Shown here: positions 36,751 through 50,019 of the stretch, one piece after another
How the letters are laid out: each line of letters opens with the position of its first letter
Numbering within the stretch: the stretch's first letter is position 1
Source of the DNA: Anthoceros angustus
Lineage: Eukaryota > Plantae > Anthocerotophyta
Length of the DNA: 58,410 nt
NCBI GenBank assembly: GCA_010909165.1
Contig: VJWM01000330.1
Location: 1-58,410 of the forward strand
Direction: 5' to 3'
The notes under the pieces: generated by a model
What the model saw: only the letters and a program-made list of their open reading frames with translations
What the model was told of the DNA's origin: nothing
The model's database searches: none
Made by a program: the position numbers and the translations under genes

Positions 36751-37714
36751 CAAGGTGGACCTAGCCACCGACCTGTGAATAAGCCGACTCGTTCGTGGAG
36801 TCGAGACAGACCCGAGGACCGGGCACAAGAAGAGGAGGAGCCCCTCGACTTACGCTTAGGGGAGCCGATAGGTGGCCCCACCGCCAAGGACCTGTGGAGG
36901 CCAGGGAGGATGACGCCGTGGTAACGGTTGTCGACCGCCGCCAGAGCCCAACCCGATGTGATTCCGGGAGAGGAGGGGCCTCACGGATCATCCGATTGGG
37001 CACCACAACCGCTGTGACGGGGATTGACCACCCATTCCGAGGGCCTGTGACCTTCCCACAAGGAGATAGGGGGATAGGTAGGCGGCCGATTAGGGTATAC
37101 CGAAAGCACTGTAATAGGGGTAATAAAGACGCCACCTTGGGCGCAGATAAGAGGGGCCGAGGTCGCCTAGTAAAGCATCTTTCTTGGTGTTGATGCCGCT
37201 CTGCACCTTTGTGAGTCTTCTTGCTAACGTGAGTCCCGAGTCACCGAAAGGTGCACGATACCCGGGAGATTGATCAAGGTCCCGTGAGACTTAACGCTGT
37301 GGTGTGCAGAAGGGTGATCGTGACCGTGCTCGTCCGAGCCGCGTCCGACACCGAACGGACGAACGTGAGCCGGAGGAACCGGAGGGTGTGTAGAGCCCGG
37401 ACGGAGAGGCCCGGCGAACGACGAGGAGGTCCGATCAGAACTGCTTTTTCTAAGATCAAGAGTGTAGCGTGAGAGGAGAGAGGAAAGGACCGATGCGTGA
37501 GGATGTATGTGAACGATACGACGCGAACGGGTCCCAAACGCTTGGCCATACCGGCTCAGACGGTGAACGCCAGAGTAGTTAGGAGTATGTGTGCCGAGAC
37601 CGAACGAGCGCTAAGGACAAGAATCACAAACGCGAACGGGCCTATCATTCCCTTTGGGAACGGACTTCTTCCTACAACGACACGGATTGTATCAAGAAAA
37701 GTCCCGCCACATTT

Positions 37715-37728
37715 TGGCGCCCGGGAAT
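37715..37728 (+). other. Primer-binding site of Gypsy B
   Basis: TGGCGCCCGG 3 nt after the LTR-terminal CA; TGGCGCCC is typical of tRNA-Lys-type PBS, but tRNA identity is uncertain. Confidence 0.7.
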
Positions 37729-37973
37729 GAAATCGGTCCAGTGCGCCCCTTAGGAAGAGAAGGTAAGTGAATGCGTGGCGAGCGATCAAGAGTGAACCGT
37801 CAGGAGGATCGGACGTGGTCACCGCTGCCTCCGAGCCGTGGAGAGGGAGAGACGCCAAACCCAACGAGAGCACCGCCGATCGAGGAGGGAGAACGTGGTC
37901 GAATTGGACCAAGACGAGTACGGGTACGAGGGACCAACGGAAGAAGGTAGGATGCCCCACGCCTAACCCATCG

Positions 37974-40900
37974 ATGGCGCAGCCATGGCTACCTCGACCA
38001 AACAAGCGACTCCATATCGGAGGAAGAAGGAGCGGATGCGAGACCTTTGTGGAGGACTTCGTGTCCAAAGCCAACTTCAACGGAGAGGGAGTCGACACTC
38101 ATCCAGCCTTTTCCAAGGGGTTCTCCGAGGACACTCAATGGTATCGGAGAAAGTACCGACCACGGAGAATGCCCCACCCGCCTGCTTGAAGCTTTGAAAA
38201 TGCCTTCTTAGAACGGTTTCGAGGGATCACCAGAGGGGTATGTATTATCAAAGTTGGAAAATCAAGCGAGGAAGAAGGAGAAGCCGGGCTCAGACATCGA
38301 GCGGTTCTATGCCCGAGGATCGGCATCCAACCCATACCACGATGCAAGCACGGTGGTTCGCGCCGGTCTAGCCAAACCCATACGTGCACGCCCGCCGCCG
38401 AGAAGGACGTGGGCAAGGCGGTCGAGCGGCCAAAACTACGAGGAATCGCTACATCGAGGATAAAGAACTCCAAGGAGGCAAGAAGAAGAAGAAGAAACGG
38501 GGTTCGACTCGAGGAGGAAGAGTCTTCGAGGAGGAGGAAGACCAATCGGAGGTGTCTTCTGAGGAGGAGCAGTCCAAGAAGAGACGGAGGTCTCTAGCGA
38601 GGAAGAGTATCCCGCAAGAAGAAGAGCAAGAAAGCCCCGCCAAAAAGAAGCGGTGGTAAGAAGGAGGTGGTGACACCAAGACCGTCCGAGAAGCTCCACC
38701 GACCCGACTCAAGGAGGTAGTGTCCGCGGAGGACTGGAAAAGTGATAAAGAGAGTAGAGGACCGCGATAAACTGAAGGACCGAGAGCGCGGAAAACACCG
38801 ACTACGGCGAACGTGTTCGTGTGCATTCGAATCCAACCGCCTCAAGGCCGGCATCAAGTGGACTACGAATACGAGGAGGAGGCCGAGGAGCAATGGGAAG
38901 AGGCCTATCGCATGTGAAGCCCCTCCGGGCCGCGATATCCCAAAACCATGTATCCGCCAACCGGAGGTCCGTCAATACAACGGGCCCCACCGATGCAAAG
39001 ACCGCATGGGAGCCCTTCGTATCCTCACGGCCGTGGTCTGGAACTGGAATCGCCATTACTCCAACGCTGTCCGCACTCAACGAGGCAGGTAATGGGGACT
39101 TCGAGCGCAGGTGATCGCGTGGGCATAAGGCAAGACGCTATGTCCCAACCCCGCACACAGATGCACACGGAGAACCCGACCACCAACGCCACCTCCTAAG
39201 ACTGACTGCAAGTCAAGATGCTCCATGGAGGGAAGAGATTCCTGTGAGGTACGCGATGGAAAAGAACAAGAAGGTACGGTGGGGTGTCAAGGAAGGGAGT
39301 CGGGCGGAAATCTTGAGGTGTCTACTCAGAGTCAAGGAAGGAGCGACGAGAAAGGCGCCAAGAAGAACAAGATCGAGGAAGCGACGAGGAAGGCAATCAA
39401 ACTAAATAGCAGAGGATCCGACCGATGAAGGAGGGCGGGACGGCTCACGGAGGATTACCCAAGGAAGTTCTCCAGACAGATGTGAGAAGGAACGGTGCCT
39501 CCGCGACGCGACGTTAGCTTCCACGGACGTAGTCCGGAGGTGACCGAGATGTTGCAGGAGGAAATGCGCAAGCATCCGGAGAATACCGTAACACGTGACC
39601 CGGGAGAGGATGAGGACGCAGCAGCAGGATCCTCGATTGGGGTAGAAGCCCCGCCTTTAATGTGGCGGACCGATGATGAATCGCCAAGACCTTGTGTCCT
39701 TTCGACCGCCGAGGATAACCCAAATACCGCAAGAGGTCCGGCCGTTAGGGAAACCCACCATGAGCACCAAAGCCGTGAAGGGTAGCACGGAAGTGAGGGT
39801 GGTGTCCCATACGACCGCCAGGTACAAGTGGAGATTGGATGTATCATCAAGGATGTACTGCTGGACACGGGTCCGAGTCAACCTCATCACCAAGCCACGG
39901 CACGAAAATTGGGCTTCACATCCTTCAACCTCAACGAAGACTCGAATGGCGTATATGTCAAGAAGAGATCCGCGGGGAGTTAACCGAGTCTTGGCCACCA
40001 TAGCGGCACCCTACAAACCGGATTTTGTTGTGATCAAACCGCCGGACCATTAGGGTATGAGGTGTTGGGGCGCCATGGTGGGTTGGCCTGAAGCTACACT
40101 TTGGAAGGAAGGAGATTCACTTCAAGCCGGATCGGGACCCTAAGGTGTAGAAGGGAGGGTTGCATCACCGGAGCAAGGACACCTATTGTGGGAAACTGTG
40201 AGCACTACCGGGTATACCCCGGAGGACTCCACCGGGCGACGAACAAGATAGTTCCGAGGAGGCGACTTTCGCCAAGATCCGCCGGTCCGAGGAGGAGATG
40301 GACTACCGCGGATGCCTTTGGTGCGAAGTGATTGATTGTTTTAGTAAACGCCACAACGGGCCGGAGGAAGGAAGTGAAGAGGAGGTCGGACCAAAGACAA
40401 GGGGAGACAACAAGAGTCGACCAAGGAAAAGCGGACATCGGAAGGAGTAACACGATTCACCTCCGACGAGCTCTTCGAGAATGGGGATGCGAGAGGACGA
40501 TCCCCAGAGGAGGACGAGGGGTTTGACGCAATGAGGCAAGACGGGAACGGGAGACGGTGAACCCGACGACGTGGAAGAAGTGGAGGTCCGCAGCAAATTC
40601 TCAAGTTTAAGAAAGGCATGCCTCCGGACCAAGGAAGGACTAAAGCACTGGGGAGTTTTATGAGGTGTTCGCCTTCAAGGTCACGACATGAAGGGCATTC
40701 AAGAAGTGGGAGAGCATAAGATCGATTTGAAGCCGTGAGCCAATCAATCCGACAATACAAGCTCAACCCCAAGTATTCGATCAAGGTGAAGGAGGTCCTT
40801 GATAAGTACCGGAGGCAGACATCATTTTCCCCATCACACAATGAGTGGGTCGCTACGATTGTGGTGGTTCCCAAGAAATGTGACAAATTCGGTATGCCAA

Positions 40901-43157
40901 GATTGAGGAAGCTCAACGCGAACGAGAAGGACCACTTCCGATGCCATTCAGACGACATTTTGGACAAGGTGGTGGACGGACTACTTACTCCTTCCGGATG
41001 GCTACTACATAACCAATTGCACCTAAGGGAGTTTGACCGGGACAAGACGACCTTCACTACGTGAGGTACGCTTTTGCCTACAAGAGAAGTGCCTTTGGGA
41101 TGACCGAGCGCCTGTGGTCGCTCATGCGTATGGTGACCAACGCCTTCCGTGACTTCGAGGGACTTCATGGAGATATTCTGGATGTGCATGGGGAGCAGGA
41201 CAAACACCTTGGGCATCTAAGAAGGTGCTTGAGCCGAGACTCAATTGAGCCTACACCGAGAAATGCTACTTTGGAATGACGGAGGGAATCTTGGACATCG
41301 TGTCGGCGCTGAATCGAGGTGGACCAGACAAGGTCCGGGTCATCCCTCCACCACACGAACCTAAAGGAGCCGAGAGGTTTCGAATGGTGGGATACTACCA
41401 CGGTTTATTAAGGACTTAAGAGGGCGGGCTAAGTTGATGTAATCTGAAGGAGGAGGTTTGGACCGTCACGTGAGCGAGAGGAGGCCTTCGGATTTACGTA
41501 ACACCTTGGTAAGCGCATTGCCTAAGAGGACCGGATCGAGGAAATTTCATGTGTATGTAGATGTGTCCGCTTGCTATCGGAGTAGTGCCGAGCCGATGAC
41601 GGCGGATTATCCCGTATACTACCGGACGACCACCCACGGAACGAAAATACACAACTACAGAAGGCCAAGCACCGGGTATGGTATATGCGCCAAGAAATTC
41701 GACACTACCTACTACCCAAAGTGAGTTTGTGTTCTATGTAGACCACTTTGTCAAGCATCCGGTGAATAAGACGGACCGTCCGGACGGATAGCAAGGTGGA
41801 TATTGTTGCCGCAGGAGTTCACGTCAAGTGGAAACAAGACAAGGGAGGCAAGACCAAAATGCGATTTCACACGATTGAAAACAGAGGTGTTGAGAGATCG
41901 GAAGATGCGCTGGATGAGACATTGGTTGCCGCAGAAAGTACAACCGAGGAGCCCACCGACCCCAACCCTACGAGAACTGCAGCCTTAGCGAGAAGGGAGG
42001 GTCTGCCGCCGTCCGACCCACGAAGAAATAGAGCACTGGGAATGGAGCTTCAAAATGACTCGTGGGATGAGGGAGGCATTCGTGCACTATGCTCGACCCT
42101 TCGTAATGTACAACGGTGTGTGTTCAAATTAGACGGAGTAGAACGAAGGTACTTGCAACCGGCAGAGACAGGAGCTGCCAAGGGAATGCACGAAGGATTG
42201 GGGTGACACCAAAGACAGTCACCACCAAAAGATTTTGAAGCGGATACGTGGCCAACAATGTATGGGGACACCCACCGCTTAGGAAGAAGTGTGATGCTTG
42301 TCACGGATCGGAAAGCCAACCCCGACGACACAAGGGCCGCTTAGTAGGCATTGGCACCGCACCTTCAAAAGTGGGGTATTGACTTTGTTGGACCTACATA
42401 CCCACGACAAGACACACACAAGGAGATACATCCCGTGGCAACGGACCATCGCACTGTGGGTAGAGGCGGCGACAAGAACGGACCGCAAATACCGTCCAAA
42501 TTCGTGACGAGAACATCATAACCCGACGGATGTCCGCAGCTTGGTAAGTGATAGGGGAACCCATTTCCTTAATGATGTGGTGGCCGCCATGACGGAGTAT
42601 TTCGCATCAATCATCGCAAGACGGCACCCTACAATCCTAAGGCCAATGGGTCGACAGAGAAGACAAATGGGCTCATCCGCAGGATCAATAAACTCACGGA
42701 ACTACGCCCATGATCGATACTGTCATCCGCCATCCGTATGCCCGACAGCAGAGAAGGTGACCACAACGGACCCCTTACTTGACCTACCACACTCTCCCGT
42801 AATGAGAGTTTGAAGTGCCCACTTTTCGAGTAATGATGGAAGGAGACCGATAAGAGGAAAGCCACCGAGCGACTCTTGGGGTTTGTTGCAAAGACAGAGG
42901 ATGGAAGAAGCTCACCAAGATGCAACAGGTGCAAAACCAAATAAAGATTTGGCACGATCGATCATGAATCGAGTATGTAAAGGAAGGGGACCGCCCTCCT
43001 TTATGATAGTCGACATGCATTTTCCGTGCAAACTTCACCGAGATGGATGGGTCCGTACAAGTGGTGCAAGTATATGACAACGGGTCCGGCCCACACGGCG
43101 CGCCTAGATGGAGAGTCGCCCACTAAACGGGTGGCGGTGAAGAAGTATCATGCTTAG
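37974..43157 (+). pseudogene. gag-pol of Gypsy B (heavily frameshifted)
   Basis: gag MAQPWLPRPNK..FENAFLERFRG; protease DVLLDTG..VNLI (~39850-39890); RT QYKLNPKYSIKVKEVLDKY..EWVATIVVVPKK..DRDKTTFTT; RH KFHVYVDVSA, GRIARWILLPQEF; IN LVSDRGTHFLNDVV; ends NGWR.KKYHA*. Confidence 0.85.
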
Positions 43158-43174
43158 TGTTGGCGAGACGCCAA

Positions 43175-43189
43175 GATGAGAAGGGAGTA
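43175..43189 (+). other. Polypurine tract of Gypsy B
   Basis: gatgagaagggagta immediately before the TG of the 3' LTR. Confidence 0.75.
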
Positions 43190-46100
43190 TGTGGGCTATG
43201 CACTCGGGAGTTAAGAAATAAGTAGGTTTTTTTTTAGGATTGAAGGATAAATAAGGCGAAAAGGAGGAATAAATTGGGGTAGCGCCGGACGAGGCTCCGA
43301 GTATACTCCGACTGGAGTGAACAACGGACCCTGCACTACTATGGCAAGCTCCGACTACGCCGAGTAACGGATAAGTCCGAACCCACCCAGTCAAAATAGG
43401 ATAAGTACGCCAGGAAAGTAACCCAGGAGCGGAGGCGTGAGGATGACGAGGCGGCGCCACGTGGACGGCCCCGAGTGGAGGTCGCATGTGAGGCCAGACC
43501 GTAACCTGCTGCAGGCCGTAAGTATTCACGCCCGCGGCCGCGCGCGCGTAAGGCCGCAGTAAGCGCGAGGGTCGAGTACGCGCACTCGCGCATGACAACG
43601 AAGAGGCGCCTTCCGCCAGTTACTTCCACAAGCGCGCCAAGGAGGGAGGTCATTTCGGCAGCCCGCATCCCCTCACAGCCCCTTGCGCCCGCAATCCGCT
43701 CGGCGCTTTTTGGGCGCCGCCTTAGAGCGCGGCGTCAAGGTTGGAGCAACGAACGCGAAGGAGGAACATCGTGCACGGACTCGCCAGCTACAAGAACAAG
43801 AGGAGGAGAAAGCAATGGCACCCAAAAGCCGAGAGTGGGAGCCATGGACCGTGGAGCGCAACATTGTGACCCGCTATCCGGACTTCGGCCGGAGGAAGGT
43901 GGGAATTGGTGCAGAGGCATCCGGACGTGTTCCAAATGGTCTCGACCTTTGACAACGCTACTCTAGTCCGGAGTTTGCCCGAAGATGCGGCGATCAACAA
44001 GGAGGTCCGATCCAAGAACCTCCGGAGGACCCGAGGCGATGGACCTTGAGGTCCCGAGGATGGCCTACAACCGCCAAGGAGGAAGAAGGGGCGTGCCGAG
44101 CCCTTAAGGGGAAGATAGGGCCACGCGCGGCGTCGAGGCTCGAACGCAGCGACAACCAACGGATGGTTGATATCCGATCCGGATACGAGGCGGCGTAGCC
44201 CGGATCATTGTCCATTGAACTCGCCACCAAGGTGGATCACCTTGGTGATAACTGCTGGTATTCTCGCATGCGCCCAATGGGAAGAGAGCGACCGGGAAGG
44301 ATTATCTTCGCCCGGTTCACGAGGCACGCAAGCTAAGGAGCGAGAAGCCTCCAGGGCGACCCCATACCCGATTCATGTATGGGGACATTTCGAGCTCTCA
44401 AGGAGGGAGAGCTTGAGCGGGCGCCCGGAAGGGGCCGGAGGCCTGTAAGTAGACGTGCAAGGGCGCCTGAGGTGGGGGTCGCCCTTCAAGACCAAGCGAC
44501 TCGGAGGAGGACGACCGAGGATTCCTGACTCCATACGTGAGCGAACCCCTCACCACCTGTGGAAGTTTGGGAGGCGATTCCCCTTCCTCCTTTGGTGCCC
44601 TCCGAGCCCAAGACAGGAGGGAGCCGATGCCGAGGGCGCTAAGGCCCGACCGGCTGCAATGCAACAACAACCACGCCGAGCCCCGACGAACCCCGGAGTC
44701 AAGAGGCGGAAGACGGTGCCGCTTACCAACGCAAAGACCCAGGTGCGTACTTACCCCCGCCTACCTGAGTGGCAAGAGGTCAAGAGGCGAAGGAGGCGTA
44801 GGGGACGCCCAAGGAGCAGGAGGTCACGCGCAGCCCCCACCGAGCCGGCCCCTGCCCCGGCTGTGAAGGGGCAAAAGAGCTTGCTCCCTGACCCCTCACC
44901 TCCTCCGAGCCCTGTGAGAAAGAGGGCACAAAGGAGTTAGAGGCCAAGAGGGCCAAGAGGGTGAGACTGACCACCACTGTGACCCGAGGGTCCCGATTAG
45001 GTCCGAGAACCCACCGACTTACTCGATCATGTATGGAGGTCCTTGGACCGAGAAATGCCGGCTCCCACTACTTTGTGGGGGCCTCACGCGGCCGTGGAAG
45101 AAACACGGCGAAGTCCTGCTACCGCCATGGACGGAATGCTTTGGGGTCTCGTGGTACAGAGAAGACCTGTGAAGTGGAGGCCACCCGAGGAGGATGGTGG
45201 AACCCAAGAGCAAGGCGGCCGAGGGCAAAGGAAAGGCGGAGTCCCTCGATCGAGGAAGGGAAACGCCGGTGGCGGAGAGCGAGGCCCGTTCAAGCAGACT
45301 AAGGTTCTTCACCAGGCGAACATCAAGCAAGCTCGAGGCCCAAGCGCGGAGGACCTTGCAGCGAAGAGGAAGCGCAGCAGAGGCTAAGAGGCCCGGCACA
45401 AGAGAGAGAGCCTGGACTGAGGCCCGGCCAGAGGCCAAATGGGCGAGGCCTGTAAAGGCGCGGCGAGCCCAAGCCGCTGAAGAGCGACCGGATCACTACG
45501 CACGTGATCGGAACCGTGGAGAGACACAGACCGAGGCTAACTCAAGGCCGCACAAAGGCTATGGAGGTGCAAGGCCAAGAGGAGATAGAGGATCTCCGAG
45601 CACCGCAGGAGGTAGAGAGGCGCAGCAGATGGAGGACAAGAAGGACACTGAGCTACAACCCAAGATGCGCTTGAGCAAGTGATTCTCAACGAGAGAATCC
45701 ACGACTCGAGCACGAAACAGAAGCTCTGGCCTCAAGACGGAGGAAAATCGACTATCCAAGGAGTTGGACGCTGCTGTGCCATGTATGAGAAGGAAGTCCG
45801 AGCCTGGAGAGGTATCCGACCGAGAGGGAGCCGGAGCTAAAGGCCGTAATGAACGGGAGCGAGCACCGGAAGAAGAAGCTGCCGTCCACCGAGAAAGGCA
45901 AGGGAACGCGCTATGGCGGTAAGTGGCAAAGGAAACGACGGAGCCGGAGCAAAGTGAGCAACATGCACCGCAGGAGGTGACCGAGGCGCCTTGTAGCCTC
46001 TGATACAGCCCACACAACCGGGGCAGGAGAGGTGGCCCAACAAGCCGAAAGACGCCCAACACTTATGGAGGGAGTATCGGTGCTCCGCACACGTGGAAGA

Positions 46101-47539
46101 GGCAATTCAACAAGTCGATCTGACTTTGCCTATTACCACGCCGAGCCCCGGCGCGAGAAGCCTCGACTCACCGACGGACCGACCGGAAGGCTCAAGGAGA
46201 TGAAGGCCGGGGACAAGACAGGGACCCTAGTGGCCCCTGCTTGAGATGATGACGGAGCGGAGAGGAGCAACCGGAGGGGGACGAGAGGAGCGCGGATGCG
46301 ATCGAGGTAAGCACCCGCACCTCACCATGGAAGGAGGGGCCAACGGGCGAGTCACCCGCGATCGGAACAGGACTTCGAGGAGAGCCACGAGGAGTCCCGA
46401 GGAAACCGGGTGGCGGAGTCCGACTTTGTCCGGACCTCAGAGGAGGCCGATCAAGTCCGACCATAAGTCCCAGTCCGACTCAAGTCCGACCAAGTCCGGA
46501 CCTAATAAGTCCGGACTCAAGTCCGGACTCCGACCGAGGTCCGGACCCTGAGACGGACCCACCACGGACCTGTGAATAAGGACTCAAGTTCTGTGAGTCG
46601 AGACAGACCTGAGGACCGCGGCAAGAAGGAGGAGCCCCTTCGACTTACGCTTAGGGGAGCCGATAGCGGTGGCCCCACCGGCCAAGGACCTGTGAGGCCA
46701 GGGAGGATGACGCTGGTAACGGGCTTGTCGACGCCAGAGCCCAACCCGGCTGTGATTCCGGGAGAGGAGGGCCCGCCTCACGGATCATCCGATTGGGTGC
46801 ACCACAACCGCTGACGGGGATTGACCACCCATTCCGAGGCCTGGACCTTCCCACACAATGGAAGGAGATAGGGGATAGGTAGGTAGGCCGATTAGGGTAT
46901 ACCGATGGCTATCACCGTAATAGGGGTGTAATAAAGACGCCACCTTGGGCGCAGATAAGAGGGCCGAGGCCGCCTAGTAAAGCATCTTTCTTGGTGTTGA
47001 TGCTGCTCTGCACCTTTGTGAGTCTTCTTGCTAACGTGAGTCCCGAGTCACCGAAAGGTGCAGCCCGGGAGATTGATCAAGGTCCCGTGACGACTTAACG
47101 CGCTGTGGTGTGTGTGCAGTGAAGGGTGACCGTGATCCGTCGCCCGAGCCGCGTCCGACACCGAACTGATCGAACGCGTGAGCCGGAGGAACTCCGGAGG
47201 GTGTAGAGCCGGAGAGAGGCCCGGAACGACGAGGAGGTCCGGATCACAGAATCCGCGCCTTTTCTAAGATCAAGAGTGTAGCGTGAGAGGAGAGAGGAAG
47301 GACCGATGCGTGAAGGATGTATGTGAACGATACGGACGCGAACGGGTCTAAACGCTTGGCCATACCGGCTCAGACGGTGAACGCCAGAGTAGTTAGGAGT
47401 ATGTGTGAGACCGAACGAGCGCTAAGGACGGTAAGAATCACCAAACGCGTAACGGGCCTATCATTCCCTTTGGGAACGGACTTCTTCCTACAACGACACG
47501 GATTGTGCGCCACTGCCATCGCTAAAAAGTCCCGCCACA
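43190..47539 (+). repeat. 3' LTR of Gypsy B (~4.35 kb)
   Basis: TGTGGGCTATGCAC...aagtcccgccaCA; direct repeat of 33374-37711. Confidence 0.9.
43815..46400 (+). CDS. Second copy of the LTR-embedded ORF (3' LTR); frameshifted, end approximate
   Basis: MAPKSREWEPWTVERNIVTRYPDFG; LNSPPRWITLVITAGILACAQ; DFAYYHAE. Confidence 0.5.
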
Positions 47540-47922
47540 GACCCCACAAGGCACTCCGCCTCAAGCTCGACGCAATACCAAAACAAATCGCAATACCTCC
47601 GTGGAAGGAAGGACAAATCAATCTCCGACGGCCCTTGAGCTCCTAGGCTTCTCTTCAACGGCCCACAACGCACACCGTAGCGGTGACCTCGGCCCACATC
47701 CCGATCATCAAATTTTGCGTATCGCTCCTCCAAGAAAAGAGGCGACCTCATGTGTACTACCGCTCGCAAATGCTCAAGCGAAACGCGCTGCCAACGGCAG
47801 AGGACAACACTTCGCCCACAACGCCTGCCAAGGAGGTTCTCCCACAATGTTACCATATCGAGGCCCCCATCGGCTGCGACTTGGGTCCAAAGCAATGAGC
47901 CGTAGCATCACCGATGCGCCAT
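47540..47922 (-). pseudogene. F-box protein copy 4, N-terminal part containing the F-box
   Basis: DGGLDMVTLWENLL...MRSPLFLEE...GAQGPSEIDLSFLPRRYCDLFW. Confidence 0.8.
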
Positions 47923-50019
47923 AATCTCGCTCGCACTAAGTTCCCAAGGCACAACAAATTGTAGATTTTGCTGCAACTTGGAACTCAACGGTTCAATGAT
48001 ATTGGACCATCTGAAACCCTACATATATAGGAGACTAAAATTGACGAAACAAAGGAGGACTTGTTGAGATTGAACGACAAAAAGTCCTATGTACAATAAC
48101 TCATTTAGTTTCCAGTGGTTCAAAGGTTTGATTTTACACTAACACAATACATATATATAGGCTGAGATTAAAATTACGAAACAAAGCACGACTTATCGGG
48201 AGATTGCAATTTTAGGAAGGCGGGGGATGTTGTAACATAGTATTCTAACACTTTTGGACCATCTTGTAACAAAATGATGCCCTTGCGTAACGCACCACCT
48301 CCGAGTGCTCCCGCCTCACGCCTGCACCGGATCCTCATCACACTCATGTAACGCCCACACCAATATGTTACAATGTGTGACCGCTCGTTGTTTTTTCAAG
48401 TCGTGATAAGATTTTTAGGTCCGGATCCTTGAACCACCACCATACTAATTAATTCAGGTTCATTTATTTATGGGCTGCCACTCCCTACCACACTGTAACA
48501 CACTATTTGCGGCGTTCAGCACCTTATGACACACTCTTGCATACTCATGTCACCCTATGGGCACTAGGACATGTTTTTCAAAATTCAAACTATAATTAAA
48601 TAATCAAGGATCATTAATCATGATTTATTATTGAAAATTATTTAAAGTGACAAAGAATTTCTTCAATCACTCTAATTTATTTTTAATATTATATAATGTA
48701 TTCGACTACTCAAATAACTCAAACTACTTTTTGATTTGTCTTTCATGTTTGAAACTTTACAATTTGGTTCGGATAATGTTGGCTTTGTGGGAGGGAGCCA
48801 CCGCCTTACCATCCTCGCCATTCCGCCCTTAGCATCCTAAGCATGTGTCCTTAGCATCCTAATCATCCATCCTTAGCATCCTAAGCATCTTCCCTTAGCG
48901 TGTAAGCATATGCAACCTACTCGCACAAGAGCTAGATCCTTAGGCATTCCCTTTCACCACATCCTTGTGCCTCACCTTGTCAAAAACGTAGCGTGATGTT
49001 TCTCACCACCATTTTGCAAGACCGATCCAAGGGCATTCCACGCTACGACATCCTTTTGTGGCCATGCTAATAAAACCGCGCTTCTTTCAACTCGCGGATC
49101 TTGCACACATGTCCCACACCACCGGGCAACAAAAAGTTAATAGGCCCGCCGCATTCCAAAGACAACGACAAATGCACACGGTTTGAAGGGCAGCATTAAA
49201 GATTCAGCAGCCTCTCAACTCGAGCTCGATACAAGGATGGCTTGGGACCGATCGCGATCTCGCCACGACAAATTGTTCACTTTTTCTTTTGGTCCTTCAC
49301 CAGGTGGAGCTCCACCAGGTGGATGGGGTGCCGCATCCAGCTCCGGTTGATCGTGATCGGCCGGCAAATCGAAGGTAATCAAACATATGCTCGCCATCGT
49401 GCTGACCTAGCAAGAATTGAAGTTTGCTTGGCATCAAAGCGATTATGTTCTTGGCCCAAATGATCGTATGCCTTGCAATCATCGTATGTTCGATTGGATA
49501 GTCCCGAGTGTTGTTAGCGGTCATGGTTCATTCAAAGCTCGGGGTTAACATTCTATAACGCCATCTCTACAAAATTAAACCACCACCACGTTGGTAGTTT
49601 ACATATATATATATATATATGGATGTAATGTAATACACAAGACTGTGAGATCGTGTGCCTTGCAAGATTTCATCGTATGTCTGATCGGATAGAGTCGAGT
49701 GTTGTGAGCGATCATGGTTCGCCTAGTGCTCACGGGTTATAATTAACATTCTATAACGCCATCCCTACAAAATTCGGTGACACAACATTGATCACGCTGG
49801 TATTTTATATATGTATAATGTATTACAACCTATAGTGCTGTAGTCCGTAGGGTTGGACATATTATTAAGAGCTTTTGTTGTGGACTTTGGCACAATTTGA
49901 TATTAAAACCAAGAATTTCATAGAGGAATTGGACACAACCTAATGGATGTTGGAGAGAAGTTCACAACACTTGAACATCGTGCATATATGTATGTACATA
50001 CATCCACTAGTACTCTTAT

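Larger units (their letters stand above)
33374..37711 (+). repeat. 5' LTR of Gypsy B (~4.34 kb)
   Basis: Starts TGTGCTATGCAC, ends aagtcccgccaCA; collinear with 43190-47539. Confidence 0.9.
33374..47539 (+). mobile_element. Full-length Ty3/Gypsy LTR retrotransposon B (~14.2 kb, non-chromovirus) inserted in F-box copy 4
   Basis: TG...CA LTR pair, PBS, PPT and internal gag-PR-RT-RH-IN; flanks gggac|TG..CA|gaccc fit a (GG)GAC target-site duplication in the empty site gtcgggaccccac. Confidence 0.93.

Noticed and set aside
40341-41216. 291 aa minus-strand ORF (longest in the track)
   Set aside because: Antisense shadow of the Gypsy B RT region
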